This document shows positions 48,631 to 58,330 of a stretch of 64,000 bases of DNA, one piece after another. The stretch is taken from the NCBI GenBank assembly GCA_965225855.1, contig CBDDCK010000005.1, positions 1,568,001 to 1,632,000 on the forward strand, read 5' to 3'. Within the stretch, counting starts at the first letter, position 1. Each line of letters opens with the position of its first letter. The position numbers and the translations under genes were made by a program. This stretch comes from Spirochaetia bacterium. GTDB taxonomy: Bacteria > Spirochaetota > Spirochaetia > SP-2023. Under the pieces are notes generated by a model that was given only the letters and a program-made list of their open reading frames with translations, ran no database searches and had not been told where the DNA came from.

Positions 48631-51600
48631 TTACTTCAATAAAAATGTACGAATAGCAAAAGGTTCAAATAGCAATTCGCATTCTCCGCTGCTATCGCTA
48701 AATGGTAGCTCATGCCATTCTAACAAATCACATTCGGTCAGGTTGCCCGTAAAGTACAGGCGCACTGCACTTTGTATGCCTGCTCGTTCCACTAAGCGAA
48801 CCACTAAGTACTCGCTCTTTTCGGCCTTTTTCAAAACTTCTAACGTTACATTGTCGCTATCAACTTGGATAGGCAACTTTACTGTATCAAGGCTCACATC
48901 TTTAAATTGTGGTATGGGCTGGTTGAGTCGTGCTGCTTCCGCTTGGATTTGAGGCATAGCCGCTTGCAGATTGCCGGAGTGAGGTAGTAAGGCGTAAGTA
49001 AATCGGTGCTGACCACAAATATAGCTTTTATCGGCATCTGGGTCTGGCAGCGTAGAAGAGCGCAACAAGTTCAAGTCTAGCCAATTCCCTTTGACTTGGT
49101 GGCCATATTTTGAATCATTGAGCAATGTAAGGCCATAGTCGTGCGCCGATAAATCGGCATAGCGTTGGCCAACCACTTCAAATTGGGCCATTTCCCAACT
49201 GGTGTTCCGATGTGTAGCCCGTTCTACATAACCGTATTGTATATCGTAACTAGCCTTTTGGCTGTAGATTTTCGGTTCAAAACCAACCCTTAGCATTCGG
49301 TGTCTTTCAGCCCAATCTACTTGGCAACAAAAGCTCAATCGTTTGTTTTGGGCTTCCAGCGTAATAGTCTGTTCCATATGCGATGCATTGCCAATCTCAT
49401 AACGGAAATATAGACTGCAGTAAAGGCTACCAGTTGAAGGCAGTAGTTTGGCTGTACTGGCTTCTACTTGTTGCAGCAGCTCATCTTGGTAGTTAATGTC
49501 AATATCCCAAGCGTCCCAATCGCTTGGCCAGTCTTGATATAAATGCAATAAGTTACCTGCACCGGTGTTTTGGCTACCTTCATTAGAGAAAATATAGCGT
49601 TGGTACTCTTTATCATAGGCTTGCGTTATTTGACCTTTGCTATTGAAGGTGTAAGATACTTTTTCGTTTTCCAAACAAAATAGATTGTCTTGTTGGTAGG
49701 CTTTCAATTCCCCAGCCGCCTCTTTGGCTTGCCCTGCTTTGAGAGTAATAATCGCTTGGGGGGCCAGACGCACTAAAGCCCAGCCATCAGTGGCTGCCAA
49801 TATTTGGCAATCGGTTTGTTCTTCGGTGCTGGCATTTTTTGGCGCTGTTCCTGTCCAACCTGCAGGTAGCTTTACGAGTGTTTGTATACTCAAGCTATAG
49901 GGGTTTACCAAGCTAAGGCAATCTGCTTGTTTGGGTTGCTGCTGTTGCCATTGTTGTTGTAGCTCGCGGCATAGTGCCAGCCCTTGGGTGTATTCCGTTT
50001 GGGTATGCAAATACACTTCGTGAATACTGGAGCCCGGGATAATATCGTGGAATTGGTTGATTAAGACCATCTTCCACAGTTTGTCCAGTGTTTCCTGTGG
50101 ATAAGGTAGTTCCCTATTTAGACTGTAGAGGTATTCTACCAATCGTAGGGCTTGTTCCATACGGCGGTTGTCGCGCTTATTTGAGGCCTGGGTGGTTAGC
50201 GTTCCCCTGTGTAGTTCTAAGTATAACTCACCTTGCCAAGTAGCTAGCTCATTACTATGTTCGGCTAGCCACTCAAAGAATTGGTCGGCACGGCCAAAGC
50301 GGACGTAAGGGCTGCCTTCTACCCCCATGTTTTTGTTTCTTCCATCTGTAGTAGAATTACTAGCACCTAAACGCAGACCCTGTTCTACCATAGCTTCATC
50401 TGGGCCACCACCGCCATCGCCTACACCATACAAGGTCATAAACTCATTGAGGATATGGGCCTCTTTGTATTTGTTTTGGGCTTTGGCTAGGCCCACACCG
50501 TGATAACTACCTAAGCCAATGGTACTGTGGTAGGTGTTTTCGGGTGGGAAGTGGGTTAGAACCGAGCTGCCGTCAATCCCTTGCCAATGGAAGGTATGGT
50601 GGGGGAAATCATTGTATTGGCTCCACGATAGCTTTTGGGTTAGGAAGTAGGCTACCCCTGCCCGCTTTAGTATCTGTGGCAGATTGGCACTGTAGCCAAA
50701 GACATCGGGTAGCCATAGGTTGGTTATATCAACGCCAAACTCATCGCGGAAGAAGTTTTTACCATGCAGCAGTTGCCGTACTAGGGATTCCCCGCTAGGT
50801 AGGTTGGCATCGGCCTCAATCCACATCGCCCCTTGGACTTCCCAACGGCCCTCTTTTATGCGCTGCTGTATCTGGCTGTAGATTTGCGGGTAGTGTTCTT
50901 TGACAAAAACATAGTGCTGGGCTTGGGAAGCTCCAAAGACATATTCGGGGTAGTGCTCCATTAGGCGTAGCTGGTTGCTAAAGGTACGGGCGCATTTGCG
51001 CACGGTTTCATCTATGGGCCACAGCCAAGCGGTATCAATATGGGCATGGCCTACGGCAATGGTCGTTAGGTCAGAAGGGGCGTTGCCGTTGGCAAATTCT
51101 TTTAACAATAGGGCGTGGGCTTCGGCTACGCGCTCCCGCTGATTGGCACAACAACTCAAGGCACGGTCTATGGCGTATAGTAGGCGTTTGGCTCTAGGGC
51201 TGGCTTGTTTGTCTGCAGAGGTATCGCTAGAGCCCCAGCTACCAGAGGCTTGGCTCGTTAGCAATGTTTCGGCAAGGCAGGTAGCGTTTCCCAAATCCAG
51301 CAAATACTGCCACAGGGCTGTGTCGAATAAGACAATGCGGGCGTTGTGCACGCGGCCGCTGTATTCGCCGTAATAACGGGGGGCATTGTGTTGGGCTTCT
51401 CTTCTGCTGGGGTCGTCATTGCGCTCTAGGCCAAATAAGGTATTGGCTGCTGCTTCCACCCATAATTCTAGTTTGTGCTCTGGCTTGCCATCGCTCTGTA
51501 GCAAAGGTTCGGCCTTACGCACTAGCGAGCGTTGGAAATTATCTTTGAACAGAGAGCCGCCGCTAATTCCTTGGATTACCTTGCCTGTACGGTCAAAGAC

Positions 51601-51927
51601 TAAACCTTCACCACTAAGGTGAAACTCGATGGCAATCTCGGCGCCTAGTGCTTGGGCCTTCTGTTGCCAGTCTGGCCACTCTTGGGTTAAATCGGCTTTG
51701 GCTTCTATCCAAGCACTTACCCATTGTAGGTTATCGCTGCGCCCCCATTCTTGGCCTTGTTCCAAGGGCTGGTAGTCCAGTTGGTCTTTGTCTGTAAAGC
51801 TTAGATGTTGCTTGGTCTGGGCATAGCGCATTTGTAGCGGTTTTGCCTCTATAACTAAGTCATACCGCATGCGCTCTAAAGCACGGTGGGCACGGCCTAA
51901 TACTTGCGGAAATTGTAGATGATACAC
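48631..51927 (-). CDS. Alpha-mannosidase, glycoside hydrolase family 38
   Basis: GHAHIDTAWLWP, WLPDVFGYS, GDGGGGP, GELYLELHRGT, NQFHDIIPGSSI. Confidence 0.95.
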   Translation of the reverse strand: MYHLQFPQVLGRAHRALERMRYDLVIEAKPLQMRYAQTKQHLSFTDKDQLDYQPLEQGQEWGRSDNLQWVSAWIEAKADLTQEWPDWQQKAQALGAEIAIEFHLSGEGLVFDRTGKVIQGISGGSLFKDNFQRSLVRKAEPLLQSDGKPEHKLELWVEAAANTLFGLERNDDPSRREAQHNAPRYYGEYSGRVHNARIVLFDTALWQYLLDLGNATCLAETLLTSQASGSWGSSDTSADKQASPRAKRLLYAIDRALSCCANQRERVAEAHALLLKEFANGNAPSDLTTIAVGHAHIDTAWLWPIDETVRKCARTFSNQLRLMEHYPEYVFGASQAQHYVFVKEHYPQIYSQIQQRIKEGRWEVQGAMWIEADANLPSGESLVRQLLHGKNFFRDEFGVDITNLWLPDVFGYSANLPQILKRAGVAYFLTQKLSWSQYNDFPHHTFHWQGIDGSSVLTHFPPENTYHSTIGLGSYHGVGLAKAQNKYKEAHILNEFMTLYGVGDGGGGPDEAMVEQGLRLGASNSTTDGRNKNMGVEGSPYVRFGRADQFFEWLAEHSNELATWQGELYLELHRGTLTTQASNKRDNRRMEQALRLVEYLYSLNRELPYPQETLDKLWKMVLINQFHDIIPGSSIHEVYLHTQTEYTQGLALCRELQQQWQQQQPKQADCLSLVNPYSLSIQTLVKLPAGWTGTAPKNASTEEQTDCQILAATDGWALVRLAPQAIITLKAGQAKEAAGELKAYQQDNLFCLENEKVSYTFNSKGQITQAYDKEYQRYIFSNEGSQNTGAGNLLHLYQDWPSDWDAWDIDINYQDELLQQVEASTAKLLPSTGSLYCSLYFRYEIGNASHMEQTITLEAQNKRLSFCCQVDWAERHRMLRVGFEPKIYSQKASYDIQYGYVERATHRNTSWEMAQFEVVGQRYADLSAHDYGLTLLNDSKYGHQVKGNWLDLNLLRSSTLPDPDADKSYICGQHRFTYALLPHSGNLQAAMPQIQAEAARLNQPIPQFKDVSLDTVKLPIQVDSDNVTLEVLKKAEKSEYLVVRLVERAGIQSAVRLYFTGNLTECDLLEWHELPFSDSSGECELLFEPFAIRTFLLK

Positions 51928-52804
51928 AGGGTCTCCTTATTATGAAAGTGTAATTTGGCAATATAAAATCTATAGTCAGTAGCAAAACTATCATAATTAG
52001 TAGATAAAGTATAGAGATTGAGCTTAATTGAAAGAGGACATGATAACTGAACGGGATAAGACGTGATAACTCGGGATTTTTTGGAACAAATGGGAAGGTA
52101 AAATTGGCTTACTTTCCAAAATAAAAAAGTAAAACCAAAATAAAAAAGTAAAAAATTTTCATTGCACGAGAAAAAGCCAGAATCCATTTTTAACACCAAA
52201 CCAGAGAAAAAACGCTCAAAACTTCAAAAAGCCAAAGCGGTGCCAGGATAACCAAACCATGCACCGCTTTTTTTATGCCTTTCGGCTGAATCCACAAATG
52301 GAACAAGTAAAAAATTTTTGTTTTTCGGCCTATGGGCCATTGTCGGCAGTAATTGGGCAACAATATGCTTTCAAAATATCATGGTAACGGGCCACGGTCT
52401 CAAAAAGCTAGTAAGGTTTCTGAAAAAAGCTAGTAAGGTTTTGACTGAAAACCTTACTAGCTTTTTTGATTGGCAACCTAGGGATTTTCCAATGAGACTG
52501 TGGCAGTCTCTAAAAAAATCGCAAAAAATTGTATTGTATTATTTTGCTAAAAACTGGGCTGTACTGCGATACAAAAAACTCAAATTCTTATACTTTCATA
52601 CGAAACGCAACGCAACACCCGGACTGCGTCTAGCGTATTACAAATTTTTACCCAAGGTATCTCAAGCAATCTCAAGGTATCTCAAATAATCTCAAGCCTT
52701 TTGATTGGCATGGATTTTTAACCACCTTACAACACTAACACACAAAAAAAGTGCCCAAAACATAAAAAAAGCACAAAAAAACTTGCAAAAAGCTTATATA
52801 GGCC

Positions 52805-52831
52805 TTGACGCAACACCCCCCCTAGCAAAAT
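52805..52831 (+). promoter_or_regulatory. Putative sigma70 promoter of the lipoprotein family (TTGACG-CAACA-C7-TAG-CAAAAT), conserved in all six copies
   Basis: The same motif lies about 60-90 bp upstream of every copy; the -10 assignment is uncertain. Confidence 0.55.
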
Positions 52832-52894
52832 GGGGCACTGTACACTAGCCCGTATGGGTTGGCCAATCTTTATCCATTGTTGGAGGTATTGCTT

Positions 52895-54994
52895 ATGTAT
52901 AAGCACAAACTATTTTTATTGCCAGTAGCCTGGCTACTGGCCTTTATGGCCTTGGCCTGCGCACCACCCGATGACGATGATCGATCTTCTGGGCCGTCTG
53001 GGCCTGCAATCACCAGTGCAAGCTACGATGTTGGCACGGCGCTGTTAACCGTACAAGGTTCTAACTTAAGTCCTACAACTGCGACCCAAGCGCAAATCCA
53101 AACTATCAGGGTAGGAAGCCGAACAAATGGTGTAGCCTTAGATTCCTATACTGCAGATGACCCAGCCACTGGGCCAGATAGTAACGGTCTTGCAAAAGGT
53201 AAGTACCGTATTAAAAGCGATGGCACAAAGCTTTGGCTGAAACTTAAAGATGCCGATAAAGCTACTCTGAATGGCAAGCCCGGTATGAATAAGGATGGTC
53301 TAAAAAAAGGGTTGCTTAGCGTTAGCACTGGTGCTTGGGCGGGTTTAAATACAGCCAAAGACTTAACCGTTAGGAATATACCCGCAGCCGAAGAAGTCGA
53401 TGATCAATCGCGTAAGCAAACTGAAGACGAACAAGTCGAACAAACCGAAGAAGTCGAAGATAAGCAGTCTAAAGTATCCGATGACAATCAGCCATCTAAG
53501 CAAACTGAAGAAGCTGAACAAGACGAACAAGCTGAACAAGTCGAAGAGGAGTCGCCTAAAGCTGCAATTACCGGTGCAAGCTACCATGTTGGCACGGCGC
53601 TGTTAACCTTGCAAGGTTCTAACTTAAGTGCTACAACTGCGACCCAAGCCCAAATCCAAACCATTACGGTAGATGGCTTAGCCTTAAGTTCCTATACTGC
53701 AGATGCCACAGCCACTGGGGCAGATAGTCGCGGTCTTGCAAAAGGTAAGTACCGCCTGCATAGCGCTGGCACAGCGCTTTGGCTAAAACTTACCGATCAA
53801 CATAAAGCTACTCTGAATGGCAAAACAGGTATGGATAGCAATGGTCTAAAAGATGGGTTGCTCAGCGTTGGCACTGGTGCTTGGGCGGGTTTAAATACAG
53901 CCAAAGCCTTGGCCGTTAGTGGAAACCCCGCACCCGCAATTACCAGTGCAACTTACAATGTTGGCACGGCGCTGCTAACCGTACAAGGTACTGACTTAGG
54001 TAGTGCGACCCAAGCGCAAATCCAAACCATTACGGTAGATGGCGTAGCCTTAAGTTCCTATACTGCCACAGCCACTGGGGCAGATAGTCGCAGTCTTGTA
54101 AAAGGTAAGTACCGCATTAAAAACGATGGCACAGCGCTTTGGCTGAAACTTACCGATACCGATAAAGCTACTCTGAATGGCAAGACAGGTATGGATAGCA
54201 ATGGTCTAAAAGATGGGTTGCTTACTAGCACTGGTACTTGGGCGGGTTTAAATACAGCCAAAGCCTTGGCCGTTAGTGGACACCCACCCGCAATTACCAG
54301 TGCAAGCTACAATGTTGCTACAGGCGTGTTAGTGATTACAGGTACTAATTTACCGTCAACAGTGAATAGCTGGGACTTTAGCAAATTGAGGTTTGTCGCA
54401 GGTAATGGTGATAAGAGTGGACCATTATTCCAGCGAGCTTCAACTAAACACTCCGCCACAGGTTCTGCAGCAAGTGCAACAAGCTTAACGATTACTTTAG
54501 GGGGTAGTGAAAAAAGGAAAGCCGATAAGATACTGGTTAAGAATGGTGATAGTGATGATAATGGTGCATACAACCTGGAAGCAGCAGCAGGATTTGCAGG
54601 TGGTAGCGCAGCAGACACAGGCAATAACCCGATTACCGTTAGTGGCTACGTAAGCCAGATCAGCTCCGTACAATACAGTGATAATGGTAATATAGGTATA
54701 TTAGAGATTTATGGTAGCGGTTTACCGACAACAGTTGAAGAGTGGGACTTTAACAAATTGACGATTGTATCCGGTGATGGTAGTAATAGATACACATTAC
54801 CCCAGCACGAAACTGCAGGTGAAAACAGAGCCACAGGTCTTAGGGCAAGTAGAATCAGATTAATTATTACTTTAAGGGGTAGTGTAAAAGCGGAAGCCGA
54901 TAAGATACTGGTTAAGAATGGCAACCTTGAAGCAGCAACAGGATTTGTAACGGGTAGTCCAGCAGACCTAAAAAATGCTATAACGTTGTATTGA
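52895..54994 (+). CDS. Variable surface lipoprotein, copy 5 (N-domain + linker + 2 A + 2 B repeats)
   Basis: Same signal, lipobox and RBS. Confidence 0.9.
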   Translation: MYKHKLFLLPVAWLLAFMALACAPPDDDDRSSGPSGPAITSASYDVGTALLTVQGSNLSPTTATQAQIQTIRVGSRTNGVALDSYTADDPATGPDSNGLAKGKYRIKSDGTKLWLKLKDADKATLNGKPGMNKDGLKKGLLSVSTGAWAGLNTAKDLTVRNIPAAEEVDDQSRKQTEDEQVEQTEEVEDKQSKVSDDNQPSKQTEEAEQDEQAEQVEEESPKAAITGASYHVGTALLTLQGSNLSATTATQAQIQTITVDGLALSSYTADATATGADSRGLAKGKYRLHSAGTALWLKLTDQHKATLNGKTGMDSNGLKDGLLSVGTGAWAGLNTAKALAVSGNPAPAITSATYNVGTALLTVQGTDLGSATQAQIQTITVDGVALSSYTATATGADSRSLVKGKYRIKNDGTALWLKLTDTDKATLNGKTGMDSNGLKDGLLTSTGTWAGLNTAKALAVSGHPPAITSASYNVATGVLVITGTNLPSTVNSWDFSKLRFVAGNGDKSGPLFQRASTKHSATGSAASATSLTITLGGSEKRKADKILVKNGDSDDNGAYNLEAAAGFAGGSAADTGNNPITVSGYVSQISSVQYSDNGNIGILEIYGSGLPTTVEEWDFNKLTIVSGDGSNRYTLPQHETAGENRATGLRASRIRLIITLRGSVKAEADKILVKNGNLEAATGFVTGSPADLKNAITLY

Positions 54995-55067
54995 TAAGTA
55001 GGGTTTGGTTTAACCTTGCTTGCCCAATAGCTCTTAGAGCATAGGCTAAGTGAAAGCTAGCGGGCAG

Positions 55068-55111
55068 GCCAACCAAGTAAATGCGGTAAGCAATGCTTGG
55101 TTGGCTTTTTT
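55068..55111 (+). terminator. Intrinsic terminator downstream of the lipoprotein (hairpin also in copies 2, 3 and 4)
   Basis: GCCAACCAAGTA...TGCTTGGTTGGC followed by TTTTTT. Confidence 0.7.
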
Positions 55112-55248
55112 GTTGGGCTATTAGGCTGTATCTTGTTGTTGCAACGCTTGCATTGGCCAATTGCAGCCTTGGTAAGTTTTTTTATCAAGGCTGCTTTTAT
55201 CAATTATAGCCTTGGTATAAAGTATTGTTCCGCATTGGTGCAATACAT

Positions 55249-55288
55249 CTTTCCGCCTTGGATCAAGGCCTTGATCCAAGGCGGAAAG
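55249..55288. repeat. Perfect 40-bp palindrome (also 58172..58211; decayed copies near 27297..27380)
   Basis: CTTTCCGCCTTGGATCAAGG|CCTTGATCCAAGGCGGAAAG. Confidence 0.92.
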
Positions 55289-55499
55289 CTATATCATAGC
55301 AAGTCTAGAAAAATTTATTAAGGCTGCTTTTGCCAATTATAGCCATTCTGGAAAGTAGAAGAGTCGAGTTATCACGTCCGATGGCACAAAGTTATCACGT
55401 CCTGCATCAGCTTGGTGGCAAGGGGCTTTGACTTTTTAGTGGTTTGGGTTATATTTAACGGCAAATAAAAACCTTTTAAAACAACCAAAAGGAGAACAT

Positions 55500-57152
55500 A
55501 TGGGATTAACTCTTACCAAAAATCCAGCTTGGAAGCAGCGCAAAGGGCCGGTGGTGTTGTGTATTTTAGATGGGGTGGCCTACAGTGAACACCCTGAAGG
55601 CGATGCTGTAGCGCAAGCCAATATGCCCCATTTTAGGAAATTGGAGCAAAACTGCCTAGCCACTCGGTTAAAGGCGCATGGTAAAGCTGTGGGCCTACCC
55701 GATGATAGCGATATGGGCAATAGTGAAGTGGGGCACAATGCCATGGGTGCTGGCCGCATTTTTGACCAAGGTGCCAAGCTCGTCAAAAACGCTTTGGCCG
55801 ATGCCTCGCTGTTTAAGGGCCAAACATGGTGCAAAGCAATCCAAAATGTAAAAGACAGTGGCGGTAGCTTGCACTTCATTGGCTTAATTTCCGATGGCAA
55901 TGTCCATTCCCATTGGACGCATTTAAAGTTGATGATTGAGCAAGCCAAACGAGAAGGCGTTGCCAAAGTCCGCATCCACGGTTTAACCGATGGGCGTGAT
56001 GTAAACGAAAGATCTGCACTAAGTTATTTTGGGCCTTTGGAAGACTTCCTTGCAGAGTTAAACAAAGACGGTAGTTTTGATAGCCGCATCGCTTCAGGCG
56101 GGGGGCGTATGGTTATAACAATGGATCGCTACGAAGCCGATTGGCCCATGGTAGAGCGTGGCTGGCAAACCCATGTGCTAGGGCAAGCCCAGCCACAGCG
56201 ATATTTTGCCTCGGCTTGTGAAGCCATACAAACCATTTACGATCAAACTGGCAAAACTGACCAATACCTTGACTCTTTTGTAGTTAGCGAAAATGGTGAG
56301 CCTGTTGGTGCAATGCAAGATGGCGATTCTGTGCTGCTTTGCAATTTCCGTGGCGATAGAGCGATTGAGATTAGCCGCGCCTTTGATGAACCAGATTTTA
56401 ATGCTTTTGAGCGTAAGCGAGTGCCTAAGGTTTTTTACGCAGGTATGATGGAATACGATGGAGATGCCCATATTCCCAAAAACTACTTGGTTTCCCCACC
56501 GGCGATTGACCGCACCATCGGCCAGTATTTGGCCGATATGGGGCTGTGCCAGTATGCCATTAGTGAGACGCAGAAATACGGCCATGTTACCTACTTCTTT
56601 AATGGCAATCGTTCTGGCAAGTTCTCTACAGAGTTAGAGACGTATACAGAAATTCCTTCCGACAATATTAGTTTTGACCAGCAACCGGAGATGAAAGTGG
56701 ACTTCATTACGGATTCTGTAGTTGGAGCGATTGAGAGTGATAAGTTCCAGTTTATTCGTTTGAATTACCCCAACGGAGATATGGTAGGCCATACGGGTAA
56801 TTTAGCTGCAACTGTTAAAGCTATGGAAAAAGTCGATGAAGGCTTGGGCCGTTTAATTGCTGCTGTAGAACAATCAAATGGCGTTCTGTTAGTAGTTGCA
56901 GACCACGGCAATGCCGATGAGATGTACGAGATTGATAAGAAAACCAAGCAGGTTGACAAGAATAAGGTCAAGACTTCGCATTCACTGAACCCTGTACCGT
57001 TTATTGTTTATGATCCACAGAACCAGGGTGAATATAAAGCCCAACTGAAAAGTGGTTTGGGTATTAGTTCGGTAACAGCCACTTGTATCAACTTTCTGGG
57101 CTATCATGCTCCCGAAGATTACATGCCTTCCATTATAGAGTTACTCGATTAA
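55500..57152 (+). CDS. gpmI: 2,3-bisphosphoglycerate-independent phosphoglycerate mutase
   Basis: ILDG, MGNSEVGH, SDGNVHSH, DGRD, NFRGDR, SETQKYGHVT, DMVGHTG, ADHGNA. Confidence 0.97.
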   Translation: MGLTLTKNPAWKQRKGPVVLCILDGVAYSEHPEGDAVAQANMPHFRKLEQNCLATRLKAHGKAVGLPDDSDMGNSEVGHNAMGAGRIFDQGAKLVKNALADASLFKGQTWCKAIQNVKDSGGSLHFIGLISDGNVHSHWTHLKLMIEQAKREGVAKVRIHGLTDGRDVNERSALSYFGPLEDFLAELNKDGSFDSRIASGGGRMVITMDRYEADWPMVERGWQTHVLGQAQPQRYFASACEAIQTIYDQTGKTDQYLDSFVVSENGEPVGAMQDGDSVLLCNFRGDRAIEISRAFDEPDFNAFERKRVPKVFYAGMMEYDGDAHIPKNYLVSPPAIDRTIGQYLADMGLCQYAISETQKYGHVTYFFNGNRSGKFSTELETYTEIPSDNISFDQQPEMKVDFITDSVVGAIESDKFQFIRLNYPNGDMVGHTGNLAATVKAMEKVDEGLGRLIAAVEQSNGVLLVVADHGNADEMYEIDKKTKQVDKNKVKTSHSLNPVPFIVYDPQNQGEYKAQLKSGLGISSVTATCINFLGYHAPEDYMPSIIELLD

Positions 57153-57293
57153 GTTTATTCTTAAACAATTCATTTTATTAACACCATGCCTACTATAGCC
57201 AATATAGCATGGCATAGCGGCCTGCTCTATTAGGAGCCGAATATTCTATGCTGTGGTAATAGCTATCGCTTTTACAGATAAAAATAGAAGGGA

Positions 57294-57893
57294 TTGTCTT
57301 TACTAAACAGAACCAGCCTAATACTAGCTGTTTTACATCTATTTTTACACCTAATATATATTACAGGTATAGGTAATAGTGAGATAAAGGTTATAGATAA
57401 TAAGGCCTATCTATCGGGAATTTTAGGTACTCGTACCTATCATCAAGTTAAAAAGCTAATCCAAGAGTACCCAGATATAAAGACGATTATAATGACCAAT
57501 GTTCCCGGTTCGATCAATGATATGGTCAACATGCACACGGGAAGGTTGCTAAGACAAAACGGTTTTACAACCCAATTACCATTTAATAGCGACATTGCTT
57601 CTGGAGGGGTAGATTTATTCACCGCAGGAGTTAAGCGAATTGTTACCAAAGGAGCGAAGTTGGGCGTACACTCTTGGTGTTGTGTCGATGATTTAACTGC
57701 AGCGGATGTAGAGCCAGAACATCCCGCCTATAAGTACCAGCTAGACTACTTTAGCGAAATGCTAGGTATTCACAAAGGTTATGACTTTTATTTTTATACT
57801 TTGCAAGCCGCTCCATTTGATGGGGTATACTACATGACCGACAAAGAAATAAAAGACTGGGGCCTTGCGACTCAATTTATAGATACACCATAA
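57294..57893 (+). CDS. Hypothetical exported protein (COG3904-like, ClpP/crotonase-type fold suspected)
   Basis: NVPGS, IASGGVDLF.AG..R, LGVHSW; TTG start uncertain. Confidence 0.6.
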   Translation: MSLLNRTSLILAVLHLFLHLIYITGIGNSEIKVIDNKAYLSGILGTRTYHQVKKLIQEYPDIKTIIMTNVPGSINDMVNMHTGRLLRQNGFTTQLPFNSDIASGGVDLFTAGVKRIVTKGAKLGVHSWCCVDDLTAADVEPEHPAYKYQLDYFSEMLGIHKGYDFYFYTLQAAPFDGVYYMTDKEIKDWGLATQFIDTP

Positions 57894-58051
57894 CTAAGCC
57901 CAAAGCTAAAGGCCTGCTAGCCAGCCGGTTGGACCGATGTAAGGGAGCTTATTTTCAGCCTTGTACTTTTGGGGGCACAGATTATAAGGTATTTAGGGCA
58001 TAGGGCTTAGGTTTAAGGTGAAACTAGAGTGATATGCGGATTTTAATTAAC

Positions 58052-58110
58052 TGATGCAGGACGTGATAACTTTGTGCCATCGGACATGATAACTCGATTT
58101 TTTTCTACTT
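58052..58110 (+). repeat. End A terminus of cassette 6
   Basis: TGATGCAGGACGTGATAACTTTGTGCCATCGGACATGATAACTCG. Confidence 0.9.
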
Positions 58111-58330
58111 ACCAAGGCTATAATTGGCAAAAGCAGCCTTAATAAATTTTTCTAGCCTTGCTATGATATAGCTTTCCGCCTTGGATCAAGGCCTTGATCC
58201 AAGGCGGAAAGATGTATTGCACCAATGCGGAACAATACTTTATACCAAGGCTATAATTGGCAAAAGCAACCTTGATAAAAAACTTACCAAGGCTGCAATA
58301 GGCCAATGCAAGCGTTGCAACAACCAAAAC

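Larger units (their letters stand above)
52029..55409. mobile_element. Cassette 5: complete End B - lipoprotein - End A unit, with the longest intact non-coding modules
   Basis: TGAAAGAGG... at 52029 and ...CCTGCATCA at 55409. Confidence 0.78.

Noticed and set aside
55249..55288. Integron attC site
   Set aside because: It is a perfect palindrome without RYYYAAC/GTTRRRY core ends or extrahelical bases, and no integrase is present.
22138..58110. Classical shufflon or invertase system
   Set aside because: No tyrosine or serine recombinase is visible, and the sites lie outside the genes, end in TG and contain direct boxes rather than an inverted core.
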